This document shows, piece after piece, positions 8,996 to 18,024 of a stretch of DNA of 64,000 nt. The position numbers were made by a program, and so were the translations under genes. Where the stretch lies: positions 3,072,001 through 3,136,000 of the forward strand of contig OZ244065.1 of assembly GCA_965215505.1 (NCBI GenBank). The letters run 5' to 3'. The notes below the pieces were generated by a model. It was given only the letters and a program-made list of their open reading frames with translations, did not search any database and was not told the DNA's origin. Each line of letters starts with the position of its first letter. Position 1 is the first letter of the stretch. The stretch comes from Capsulimonadaceae bacterium. GTDB lineage: Bacteria > Armatimonadota > Armatimonadia > Armatimonadales > Capsulimonadaceae.

Positions 8996-9625
8996 CTAGT
9001 TGTCCGCGAACGGGTCGTCCATGTCATCGTCCGGCGGCGGCTGGTTGCGAGAAGCCGGCCGGGCCGGGGCGCTGGGCGCGGGCCGGGCGGGAGCCGCCGA
9101 CGCGCGTTGGGGTGCGGCCTGGGTGCGAGCCGGGGCCGGGGCCGGAGCGGCGGGAGCATCGAAGGCGTCATCGCCGCCGTCGGAGTATTGCTCGCGGCCG
9201 CCTTGATTGTAGCCTCCCCCGCCGCCCTGGGCGCTGCTGCGATTGTAGCCGCCGCCCCCACCGCCGCCCTGCGCGCCTTCCTCGCCCTCCTTGGGCCGGT
9301 CCAGCGACTTCAGGTTGTCCACGACGACTTCGGTGTCGCGCCGCTTCTCGCCGGTCTGCGTGACGTACTCGCGCACCTGGAGCCGGCCTTCGACAAGGAC
9401 CAGACGGCCTTTGCCGAGGTAGTTGGCGGCGTACTCCGCCGACTGACGCCAGGCGACGATGCTGAAGAAGTCGGCCTGCTTCTCCTGGCCGTTCGTGCGG
9501 GCCTCGGCGGACATCGGGCGGTTGACCGCCATGCGGAACTGCGTGACGGCGATGCCGCTGGGGGTGTACTTGAGTTCGGGGTCGCTGGCCAAGCGGCCCA
9601 CCATGATGACGCGGTTAAAGTCCAT
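8996..9625 (-). CDS. ssb: Single-stranded DNA-binding protein
   Basis: NRVIMVGRLASDPELKYTPSG, Gly/Pro-rich linker, acidic DDMDDPF tail. Confidence 0.96.
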   Translation of the reverse strand: MDFNRVIMVGRLASDPELKYTPSGIAVTQFRMAVNRPMSAEARTNGQEKQADFFSIVAWRQSAEYAANYLGKGRLVLVEGRLQVREYVTQTGEKRRDTEVVVDNLKSLDRPKEGEEGAQGGGGGGGYNRSSAQGGGGGYNQGGREQYSDGGDDAFDAPAAPAPAPARTQAAPQRASAAPARPAPSAPARPASRNQPPPDDDMDDPFADN

Positions 9626-9719
9626 TCTCTTCTCCTCTACTCACTATACCAATGCTGATCTCGGGACTTGCCTGATCTCAGGGCTTGCGCTCGATCGGCT
9701 TGCGCCGGAGGCGCGGGGG

Positions 9720-10247
9720 TCAGGCCGCCGCTTGCAGAGGCTCGGACGCCTCGGCGACAGTGGCGGTCTCGGTCGTGGCCGAGGCCACGGACGGGGTTTC
9801 GGCGACCGGGGCAGGCTCCGCGATGGGGGCCGCCGGTGCGGCGACGGGTGCGGGGGCGGCGACCGAGGCGGGCGCGGCCTGCTGCTGCGGCTGGGCCTGC
9901 GGGCGGGCGGGCATCCCGTTCATGATGGGCGTCGCGCCCTCCTCGTCGTCGCGGCGGACGATCAGGAAACGGATCTGGTCTTCGCTGATCTGGAAGATGC
10001 GGCGCAGTTCGGCCTCGACGGCGGGCTTGGCCTCGAACTGCATGATGACATAGATGCCCTCGGTGCGGCCCTTGATCTCGTAAGCGAGCCGGCGCCGCTC
10101 CCAGACATCGATGGTCCCGACGACGCCGCCGCCGGCTTCGACGATGCCCGAATACTTGGCCTTGATGGCCCCGATCTGCTCGTCGCCGAGTCCGGGGTCC
10201 ACGATGTAAACCGCCTCGTAAGGCTGCGTGATGGCGATGGATGGCAT
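9720..10247 (-). CDS. rpsF: 30S ribosomal protein S6 with long Ala/Pro/Thr-rich C-terminal tail
   Basis: YEAVYIVDP, WERRRLAYEIK; AGGAGG before ATG 10247. Confidence 0.95.
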   Translation of the reverse strand: MPSIAITQPYEAVYIVDPGLGDEQIGAIKAKYSGIVEAGGGVVGTIDVWERRRLAYEIKGRTEGIYVIMQFEAKPAVEAELRRIFQISEDQIRFLIVRRDDEEGATPIMNGMPARPQAQPQQQAAPASVAAPAPVAAPAAPIAEPAPVAETPSVASATTETATVAEASEPLQAAA

Positions 10248-10251
10248 AAGA

Positions 10252-10320
10252 TGCCTCCTCTCTCTGGTCTTGGATTTTTGGCCCCCCGTGTCTCGCCAAA
10301 GACGGAAGGGCAGAGAGGAA
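10252..10320 (-). promoter_or_regulatory. rpsF leader resembling the S6:S18-binding autoregulatory RNA
   Basis: CTCTCT-GCCC...GGGCC...GACC-AGAGAG-AGGAGG two-stem layout abutting the SD; TATAAT at about 10373-10368. Confidence 0.6.
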
Positions 10321-10455
10321 CGATAAACCAGAAATCTGAAAATCTGGTCTTGTTCAACAATCGGACTATTATAGCACGCGGCGGGGCAAAAAGACAACCC
10401 ACCAACTGGGGCCTCGCGACAACAATCCAGGCTACTGGATCGTGTCCGCGTGCAA

Positions 10456-10853
10456 TCACGCCGCCTGGCGCGACCTCCGGTGGGACGTGATGACGAACGC
10501 CCGCCGGATCTCGACATGGGCGGCTTGGATGCTGCCCGTCTCCGACAGCGCGTGCTCCACGGGGGTGACCGCCTCGGTCACGCCCTCGACGAAAGGCTCG
10601 CTCGTGGTGAGCGGGACGATGCGGCAAGTTCCGTCCACTGCTCCGGGGTCAGGTACGGCTCGAAGCCCGCGATGAGGTGCCCGATGCCCGCCCGACTCGA
10701 TGTGAGCCACGGGGCGGCGGCGACAACGTCCCACCTCCCCGGCGTTTCCTCCTGCTCGAACAGGCCGAAAAGGATAAAAGGACCATGCTGTTCGGCCATT
10801 GCCTCTTCCGCGCGCTGTAGGTTTTCCGCTAGTGTTCTGGTGTTGAAACTCAG
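10456..10853 (-). pseudogene. Frameshifted hypothetical gene
   Basis: ...EQWTELA continues as RIVPLTTSEPFVEG in another frame; one base is missing near 10623; start uncertain. Confidence 0.6.
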
Positions 10854-10881
10854 AGTAGCGGCATTCTCAGTGAGGACGAGT

Positions 10882-11046
10882 GAGGACGAGTGATTGAAAT
10901 CACTCGCTGACATCGGATTTGTCCAGGGGACAAGGGAACCGAATGAGGCCGGACACCCGCCTAGCCTCCTCTTACTCCCGTTTACTCCCGTCTTCTGTCC
11001 CCTGGACAGGTCCGGCGGCAGCGAGTGATTTCAATCACTCGTCCTC
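10882..11046. repeat. Nested palindromic element family I, copy 1
   Basis: GACGAGTGATTGAAATCACTCGCT..TGTCCAGGGGACA..spacer..TGTCCCCTGGACA..AGCGAGTGATTTCAATCACTCGTC. Confidence 0.9.
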
Positions 11047-11094
11047 CTTGCCTTTCCAATGCCGTCAGTATAACACAGAACAAGCCCCCCGCCG

Positions 11095-11124
11095 TTGACA
11101 ACGGCGGGGGGAACGTGATAGAAT
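11095..11124 (+). promoter_or_regulatory. sigma70-type promoter
   Basis: TTGACA-N18-TAGAAT; the -35 lies at the centre of a palindrome. Confidence 0.55.
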
Positions 11125-11404
11125 AAGCCCGGACGATGATCCAGACAGGACGGCGAGGACCAGGCAGGGGCAACGGCGTCTCTTCCGGCTCCCCAAGCCC
11201 CAGGCGGGCGCGGGGCGGGAGGGCGTTTTTTTGTGCGTAGCCTCCCGCTTTCACGCACACTTTTACGCACGGCCCCTGCACTTTTGCGGGCCGCCTGCCG
11301 AACATCGGAGTGTGGAAAAGAAACCGACCCTTGAAATCGTCACCTATCCTTCCCCTTCAGCGCGGAACTCTGAGCAGAAGTTTGAATCGGATCGAGGAGC
11401 CAGC

Positions 11405-12877
11405 ATGAAACATGTAGACCTGGTCGTCATCGGCAGCGGGCCGGCGGGCCAGAAGGCCGCCATCCAGGCCGCAAAGCTCGGCAAGAGCGTCAGCCTCATC
11501 GAGCGCAACCGCATCCTGGGCGGGGCCTGCACCCACACCGGCACCATCCCCAGCAAGGCACTGCGCGAGGCGGTCCTGCACCTGTCCGGCATCCAGCAGC
11601 GCGGCTTCTATGGCGACCGCGACAGCCGCAGCGGGCGGCCAGAGATCACCATCGAGGACCTGATCGCGCGCGGCCAGCAGGTGATCCGCACCGAGATGGA
11701 GGTCATCCGCGAGCACATGGTCCGCAACGAGGTCGAGATCCTGTGCGGCGAGGCCCGCTTTGAAGACCCGCACACCCTGCGGATCAGCCACCAGCACTCC
11801 TCGGAGGTGCTGGAAGCCGACAACGTCGTCATCGCCACCGGCACCGTCCCGGCCCGCCCGCCCGGCATCCCCTTCGACAGCGAGCGCGTGCTGGACAGCG
11901 ACAACCTGCTGGAGCTGAACCACCTGCCCAAGAGCATGATCATCGTCGGCGGCGGCGTCATCGGGACGGAGTACGCCTGCATGATGGCGACGCTGGGCGT
12001 GCGCGTCATCCTGACCGAAGCGCGGCCGTCTCTGCTCGACTTCGTGGACTCCGAAATCAGCGAGGCCCTCCAGTACCGGATGCGGGCGATGGGCGTCACG
12101 CTGCGCCTGGGCGAGCGGGTGGACGAGATCCGCGTCCAGCCCGACGGGCTGGTGCAGGCTACCTTGCAGTCCGGCAAGCACTTAAGGGCCGACACCCTCC
12201 TCTACTGCATCGGGCGGCAGGGGACGACGGAGAAGTTGGGCCTGGAGAACGTCGGCCTGGTCCCGGACAACCGGGGGCGGCTGAAGGTCAACGCCGACTA
12301 CCAGACCGACGTGCCGCACATCTACGCGGTCGGCGACGTCATCGGCTTCCCGGCCCTGGCCTCCACCTCGATGGAGCAGGGCCGCCGCGCCTCCTGCCAC
12401 ATGTACGGCGAGCCGACCACGTCCCTGCCCGAGCTGTTCCCGCTGGGCATCTACGCCATCCCCGAGATCTCCATGGTGGGCCGGACCGAGGCGCAGCTCA
12501 CGGCCGACGGCATCCCCTACGAGGCGGGCGTCGCGCAGTACCGCGAGATCGCGCGCGGCCAGCTCCTGGGCGACGAGGTGGGCATGCTGAAGCTGCTGAT
12601 CCACGAGAAGACGCGCCAGATATTAGGCGTCCACGCCATCGGGACGGGCGCGACCGAGCTGATCCACATCGGCCAGGCGGTCATGGCCTTCAAGGGCACC
12701 GTGGACTACTTCATCAACAACGTCTTCAACTACCCCACCCTCGCCGAGTGCTACAAGGTGGCCGCCCTGAACGGCTCCAACAAGCTGCGGATGCTCTGGA
12801 ACGGCGGCGACGAGGACGACACGGAGATTGATCTGAGGGCAAGCCCGGACGCCGCGCCGCTGAAGATCGCGGCGTGA
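11405..12877 (+). CDS. sthA: Soluble Si-specific NAD(P)+ transhydrogenase
   Basis: GSGPAG, GGACTHTGTIPSKALRE, GDVIGFPALASTSMEQGR, FNYPTLAECYKVAA. Confidence 0.95.
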   Translation: MKHVDLVVIGSGPAGQKAAIQAAKLGKSVSLIERNRILGGACTHTGTIPSKALREAVLHLSGIQQRGFYGDRDSRSGRPEITIEDLIARGQQVIRTEMEVIREHMVRNEVEILCGEARFEDPHTLRISHQHSSEVLEADNVVIATGTVPARPPGIPFDSERVLDSDNLLELNHLPKSMIIVGGGVIGTEYACMMATLGVRVILTEARPSLLDFVDSEISEALQYRMRAMGVTLRLGERVDEIRVQPDGLVQATLQSGKHLRADTLLYCIGRQGTTEKLGLENVGLVPDNRGRLKVNADYQTDVPHIYAVGDVIGFPALASTSMEQGRRASCHMYGEPTTSLPELFPLGIYAIPEISMVGRTEAQLTADGIPYEAGVAQYREIARGQLLGDEVGMLKLLIHEKTRQILGVHAIGTGATELIHIGQAVMAFKGTVDYFINNVFNYPTLAECYKVAALNGSNKLRMLWNGGDEDDTEIDLRASPDAAPLKIAA

Positions 12878-12965
12878 ACGTGAAACCGCGTTCCCGGCCC
12901 CGAAGGGCCGGGCTACTCCTGAATGAAAGCCGCTCCGGGGTTGGGAACAACACCGTATTCAGGCC

Positions 12966-12990
12966 GTAGGGGCGAACCTTGTGTTCGCCC
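12966..12990 (+). repeat. GTAG-type REP hairpin (GTAGGGGCGAACCTTGTGTTCGCCC)
   Basis: The same unit recurs at 43156-43180, 53406-53430 and 57086-57110. Confidence 0.8.
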
Positions 12991-13061
12991 CTCTTTTTCT
13001 GTTCGCCCCTCTTTTTCTGTTCCCTCCTCAGTCACAGAGCGGCTTTCATTCCGCAGTAGGC

Positions 13062-13128
13062 CGGCACTTCAGAGTCGGCACTTCAGAGTCGGCACTTCAG
13101 AGTCGGCACTTCAGAGTCGGCACTTCAG
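13062..13128. repeat. Tandem repeat, 14-bp unit CGGCACTTCAGAGT x4.8
   Basis: Units start at 13062, 13076, 13090, 13104 and 13118. Confidence 0.9.
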
Positions 13129-13190
13129 GCCCCACCGAACCCGTCGGCGGGGCTTTTCGCCGCCTCCCTCCTCCCCTAGCCGGCCCCCCC

Positions 13191-13217
13191 TCAAGTTTAC
13201 TCCGCCCCTGCCGATAC
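13191..13217 (+). promoter_or_regulatory. sigma28 (FliA/SigD) promoter of the chemotaxis operon
   Basis: TCAAGTTT-N11-GCCGATAC versus consensus TAAAGTTT-N11-GCCGATAA. Confidence 0.8.
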
Positions 13218-13240
13218 TAGGGGGGAAGGAGCGCGTAGAA

Positions 13241-13603
13241 ATGCCTAAAAAGATACTGATTACCGATGATGCGCTGTTCATGCGTGTCACCCTGAAAAAT
13301 ATGCTCACCGCGAACGGCTATGAGGTGGTCGGCGAGGCCGTCAACGGCCAGGACGCGGTGGAGAAGTACGCCGCCTGCCGGCCCGACCTCGTCCTGATGG
13401 ACATCACCATGCCCGTCATGGACGGCATCGCGGCGACGCGGGCCATCAAGGCGTCCGACCCGGCCGCCAAGGTCATCATGTGTACGGCCATGGGCCAGAA
13501 GAACATGGTCGTGGAAGCCATCCAGGCGGGGGCGAAAGACTTCATCGTCAAGCCCTTCAAGACCGATGACATCCTGTGCCGCATCCAGAAGCAGATCGGT
13601 TAA
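13241..13603 (+). CDS. cheY: Chemotaxis response regulator CheY
   Basis: Single receiver domain: ITDDALFMR, LMDITMP, FIVKPF. Confidence 0.93.
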   Translation: MPKKILITDDALFMRVTLKNMLTANGYEVVGEAVNGQDAVEKYAACRPDLVLMDITMPVMDGIAATRAIKASDPAAKVIMCTAMGQKNMVVEAIQAGAKDFIVKPFKTDDILCRIQKQIG

Positions 13604-13613
13604 GGAGAAGCCC

Positions 13614-14078
13614 ATGAAGGTGGAATACGTCAACCCGTTCGTCCAGGCCTCCTTCTCCGTTCTGGAAATGGTGCTGGGCGTCGCCCCCGTTAAGGGCCAG
13701 CTCGCCGCCCAGCCGACCATCTTCACGAGCCAGCAGTGTAACGTCGTCTGTGGGGTCACCGGCGAGGTGCAGGGGCAGGTCATCTACGGCATGTCCCTGA
13801 CCACGGCGGACCGGATCGCCTCGGCCATGCTGGGGCAGAAGATCAAGAGCTTCGACGCTCTGGCGGCCAGCGCCATCGGCGAACTGGGCAACATGATCAG
13901 CGGCAACGCCATGCAGCACCTTTCGGAAGCCGGCTGGGTCTGCGACATCACGCCGCCGACGATCATGCGCGGCACCAACGTCCAGATTAGCACGATCTCC
14001 ATCCCCGCCATCGTCCTGCCGCTGACCCTGGAGCAGGGCGAACTCTCGATCACCATCGGCCTGCAAGGCCGGAAGTAG
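13614..14078 (+). CDS. cheX: Chemotaxis phosphatase CheX
   Basis: [24 protein letters not shown]. Confidence 0.92.
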   Translation: MKVEYVNPFVQASFSVLEMVLGVAPVKGQLAAQPTIFTSQQCNVVCGVTGEVQGQVIYGMSLTTADRIASAMLGQKIKSFDALAASAIGELGNMISGNAMQHLSEAGWVCDITPPTIMRGTNVQISTISIPAIVLPLTLEQGELSITIGLQGRK

Positions 14079-14094
14079 CAACGCGAGAAACACG

Positions 14095-16059
14095 ATGAAC
14101 TGGTTCTACAACCTCAAGACCGCCCGCAAATTCGCCCTGGCCTTCGGCCTCTGCCTCGCCTGCGCCGCCCTTGTCGGTGTTGTCGCCATCACGCGCATGG
14201 CACAGATGAACAAAGTGAGCGATGGCCTCATCACCGACGCTATCCCCAGCGACCTGAACTGCGGCCAGATGCTCTTCCACGTCACCCGCCTCCGCCAGCT
14301 CCAATACCGGCACCTGGTCACCCAGGATGCGGAGGGCATGGCCACCGTCGAGGGGATGATGCAGAAGGAACAGCAGGACATGGACGCCACGCTCGACGAC
14401 TACGGCAAGAGCATCGACGGCGAAGAAGACAGGCACAACTACGAGAACGTCAAGGCAGACTGGGCGGCCTACCTCCAGTCGCAACAGGAGTTCCTGCCAC
14501 TCAGCCGTGCCAACCGGCTCAAGGAAGGGACGGCGCTCCTCGGCGGCCCGATGCTGGCACAGTTTGACACCCTGCACGGGCATGTCGACGTGATGGTGGA
14601 CTACAACAAGCACTACGGCGAGGTCCTCGGCCGGCAGGCGGTCGCCTCCTACGCCGCGGCGCGGGCGACCATCATCGGCCTGCTCGCTCTGACCGTCCTG
14701 CTCGGCACGACGGTCGCCGTCCTCATCACCCGCTACATCACCGAGTCGATGGCGCAGGTCTCCGGGCGCATCGGCACGCTCAACACCATCTGCATCACCA
14801 ACCTCAGCAGCGCCATCGCCGCCATGGAGCGGGGGGACCTCACCGCCGGGATCGCCACCGGCACCAAGCCCCTGGACAGCATTTCCAGGGACGAGTTCGG
14901 ACAGCTCGCGCTGACCTTCAACACGATGCTGTTCCAGATGCAGGCCGCCATCGCCTCCTTCCGCAACTCCCAGGCCGCGCTCAGCAGCCTCATCCACCAG
15001 ATGCAGGACTCCGCCCAAAGCGTCACCCGTACCGCCGACGCCCTGGTCGGCACCTCCCAGCAGATCGGGGCAGCCACCGAGGAGATCGGCGCGGCCATGA
15101 GCGAGGTCGCCCAGGCCTCCGAGCAGTCCGCCAAGGGCGCGAGCGAGATCGCCCAGGGCAGCAGCAGTCAGGCCACCTCCATCACGGCGGGGGCGGAACA
15201 GATCAGGGGATTGGTCGCCGCCGTCCGGGGCGTCACCCGCGACGCCGAGGCCGCCACCCTCTCCACCACCCAGGCCACCGAGACCGCCACGGCGGGGGCG
15301 AGGGCCGTCGAGCAGAGCGTGGAGGGCATGCAGCGCATCCACCAGTCCGTCGCCCAGTCGGCCAAAGTCATCCAGTCGCTGGGCGCGACCTCGGCCCAGA
15401 TCGGCGGCATCGTCCAGACCATTGATGAGATCGCCGGCCAGACCAACCTGCTGGCCCTGAACGCCGCCATCGAGGCGGCGCGAGCCGGGGAGGCGGGGCG
15501 CGGCTTCGCCGTGGTTGCCGACGAGGTCCGCAAGCTCGCCGAGCGCTGCACGGCGGCCACCAAGGACATCGGGGCCTTGATCGGCGAGATCCAGAGTCAG
15601 ACGGCCCAGGCGGTGACGGCGATGGAGGCCGGCACGCGGGAGGCGTCGGCCGGGACTCAGCTCGCCGGGGAGGCGGGCGGGGCCTTGGAGCGCATCCAGG
15701 CGGTCGTGCAGGAGATGTCGGGGCGCGTGCTTGCGATCAGCGCGGCCTCGGAGGAGATGAACGCGGCGGCCCAGGAGGTCTCGCAGACGATCAGCGAAGT
15801 GGCCGCCGTGGTGGAGGAAAGCAGCGCCGCCGCCGAGGAGATGTCGGCGTCCGCGGAGCAGGTGTCCGCCTCGGTGCAGACGGTGGCGGCGACGACGGCA
15901 CAGCAGGGTTCGGCGGTGGAGGGCCTGGTGACGACGGCGGGGGATCTGTCGGGCGTCGCGCGGACCCTCTCGGACCTCGTGGCGCAGTTCAAAGTCGAGG
16001 GCGTGAGCGCCGACGCACCCGGAGCGCGGCCAGCGCTGACGCTGCGGAAAGTGGCCTGA
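14095..16059 (+). CDS. Methyl-accepting chemotaxis protein
   Basis: Two TM helices, helical sensor domain, [38 protein letters not shown]. Confidence 0.96.
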   Translation: MNWFYNLKTARKFALAFGLCLACAALVGVVAITRMAQMNKVSDGLITDAIPSDLNCGQMLFHVTRLRQLQYRHLVTQDAEGMATVEGMMQKEQQDMDATLDDYGKSIDGEEDRHNYENVKADWAAYLQSQQEFLPLSRANRLKEGTALLGGPMLAQFDTLHGHVDVMVDYNKHYGEVLGRQAVASYAAARATIIGLLALTVLLGTTVAVLITRYITESMAQVSGRIGTLNTICITNLSSAIAAMERGDLTAGIATGTKPLDSISRDEFGQLALTFNTMLFQMQAAIASFRNSQAALSSLIHQMQDSAQSVTRTADALVGTSQQIGAATEEIGAAMSEVAQASEQSAKGASEIAQGSSSQATSITAGAEQIRGLVAAVRGVTRDAEAATLSTTQATETATAGARAVEQSVEGMQRIHQSVAQSAKVIQSLGATSAQIGGIVQTIDEIAGQTNLLALNAAIEAARAGEAGRGFAVVADEVRKLAERCTAATKDIGALIGEIQSQTAQAVTAMEAGTREASAGTQLAGEAGGALERIQAVVQEMSGRVLAISAASEEMNAAAQEVSQTISEVAAVVEESSAAAEEMSASAEQVSASVQTVAATTAQQGSAVEGLVTTAGDLSGVARTLSDLVAQFKVEGVSADAPGARPALTLRKVA

Positions 16060-16095
16060 GTGGAAAGTGGCCTGAGCGGCCCCAGGAGAAGGAAC

Positions 16096-16659
16096 ATGAC
16101 GGCAGTTCTAGAGAGGCCCGGCACCGACCGGGCGGGCGAAGGCCAAACGGCCGCCGGACCCGAGCGGCAGGTGGTCGCGCTGCACCTGGGCGACGAGATC
16201 TATGGCGTGGACATCGCCAGCATCCACACGGTGCTGACGCCCCAGCCGATCACGCCGATCCCGAACGTGTCCCCGGACATCAAGGGCGTGATGAACCTGC
16301 GCGGGCGCATCCTGCCGGTCCTGGACCTGCGGGCGCGCTTCGGACTGCCGCCGCTGCCCGAGGACAGACAGAAGTCCACGCGCATCGTGATCGTCGAGGA
16401 CGCCGGCCTGACGGCGGGGCTGGTCGTGGACTCGGTCTCCGAAGTCCTGCGGCTGCCGGCGGGCAGCGTCGAGCCGCCCTCCGCCCTGCTCGGGTCCGCA
16501 GACCTGCGCTGCCTGGCCGGGATCGGCCGCGTGCCGGCCGGCCGGCGCAAAGAGGACGACAAGCCGGGCCAGGAGCGGCTGCTGCTGCTGCTGGACGTGC
16601 CTCAGACGCTGAAGGCCATGGGGATGACCGCGGCGGGCGAAGGCGTCGCCGCCGATTGA
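16096..16659 (+). CDS. cheW: CheW adaptor
   Basis: GVMNLRGRILPVLDL, GLVVDSVSEV. Confidence 0.93.
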   Translation: MTAVLERPGTDRAGEGQTAAGPERQVVALHLGDEIYGVDIASIHTVLTPQPITPIPNVSPDIKGVMNLRGRILPVLDLRARFGLPPLPEDRQKSTRIVIVEDAGLTAGLVVDSVSEVLRLPAGSVEPPSALLGSADLRCLAGIGRVPAGRRKEDDKPGQERLLLLLDVPQTLKAMGMTAAGEGVAAD

Positions 16660-16676
16660 CGGGAAGACGGGGAACC

Positions 16677-17777
16677 ATGACACCCTCACAGACCGCCGCC
16701 AAGCCGCCGATCCGCGTCCTTGTGGTGGATGACTCGGCGTTCATGCGGAAGATGGTGGCCGAGATCCTGGGGCGCGATGCCGGCCTGTGCGTCGTCGGCC
16801 TGGCCCGCGACGGTGCGGATGGCCTGGCCAAGATGGAGTCGCTCCAGCCGGACGTCATCACGCTGGACGTCGAGATGCCCGTCCTGGACGGCTTCGGCGC
16901 GCTGGCGGAGATCATGCGCCGCCGCCCGACTCCGGTCCTGATGCTGTCCTCTCTGACCCACGCAGGGGCGGACGCCACCCTGCGCTGCCTGGAACTCGGG
17001 GCGGTGGACTTCGTCGGCAAGCCGTCCGGCTCGATCTCCCTGGACATCGAGAAGGTCGCGGGCGAGTTGATCGCCAAGGTCAAGGCGGCGGCGGGGGCGC
17101 GGCTGGACCGCCGCCCCGCTTCCGGGAGGGCAGGCCCCCAGTGCCCGCTTGAGGCCCCGCGCGCCCCGGAAGTCCCGCGCCCTGCCCTGACGCCCCGGCC
17201 GGCCTCCGCCGAGAGGCCCGCCGTCCTCGTCATCGGTGCGTCCACCGGTGGGCCGCGCGCGCTGCAAACGCTCGTCCCCGCCCTTCCCGCCGACCTCGGC
17301 GTGCCCATCGTCATCGTCCAGCACATGCCGGCGGGCTTCACGGCCTCGCTCGCGCGCCGCCTGGAACAGACCTCGCCGTTCGAGGCCCGCGAGGCCGCCG
17401 ACGGGGACCGGCTCCGGCCCGGCCTGATCCTGGTCGCGCCGGGCGGACGCCACTTGCAGTTCACGGCGGGCGGGGTGGTACACCTGACCGACGACCCGCC
17501 CGTCCACGGCGTCCGGCCCGCCGTGGATGTCACGCTGGCTTCGCTCGCCCCGCTGTACGGCGCGCGCCTGCTGGCCGTCCTGCTGACCGGCATGGGTCGG
17601 GACGGCGCGCGCGGCCTGAAGCTGGCCCAGGACCGGGGCGGGCAGACGTTGGCCGAGGACGAGACCACCTGCGTCGTCTACGGCATGCCCAAGGCCGCCT
17701 TCGACCTGGGGGCCGTCGGTGCCCTGCTGCCGCTCCCCGCCCTCGCCCCCGCCATCGCGCGGGCCTGCGGGAAGTGA
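16677..17777 (+). CDS. cheB: Chemotaxis methylesterase CheB
   Basis: Receiver domain plus GASTGGP, VQHMP, LTGMGRDGA. Confidence 0.95.
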   Translation: MTPSQTAAKPPIRVLVVDDSAFMRKMVAEILGRDAGLCVVGLARDGADGLAKMESLQPDVITLDVEMPVLDGFGALAEIMRRRPTPVLMLSSLTHAGADATLRCLELGAVDFVGKPSGSISLDIEKVAGELIAKVKAAAGARLDRRPASGRAGPQCPLEAPRAPEVPRPALTPRPASAERPAVLVIGASTGGPRALQTLVPALPADLGVPIVIVQHMPAGFTASLARRLEQTSPFEAREAADGDRLRPGLILVAPGGRHLQFTAGGVVHLTDDPPVHGVRPAVDVTLASLAPLYGARLLAVLLTGMGRDGARGLKLAQDRGGQTLAEDETTCVVYGMPKAAFDLGAVGALLPLPALAPAIARACGK

Positions 17778-17797
17778 GAGCGTAAGGGGGATCTTCG

Positions 17798-17957
17798 CAC
17801 GGGGCTGAACCCCGTGCTGTGAAAAAGCAACTCCCCGCCTTTCACTCCGCTCTGGAGCGGAGCGACTAGGAGGCGCGGGCAGAGGAGGCGAACAGGAACA
17901 TCCTCACCCGCGAAGGCGGGGGCTTGCACTTTTACAGCACGGGGGTTCAGCCCCGTG
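17798..17957. repeat. Nested palindromic element family II, copy A (32-bp internal insertion)
   Basis: CACGGGGCTGAACCCCGTGCT...CCCGCGAAGGCGGG...AGCACGGGGGTTCAGCCCCGTG. Confidence 0.85.
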
Positions 17958-18024
17958 AAACGGCGACCTCTACACACTACAAGATGAACACGAAGAGCAA
18001 CACGAAACACACGGGAAACACACG

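Noticed and set aside
13062-13128. 14-bp tandem repeat as CRISPR or iterons
   Set aside because: No spacers, the unit is too short for CRISPR, and no rep gene is nearby
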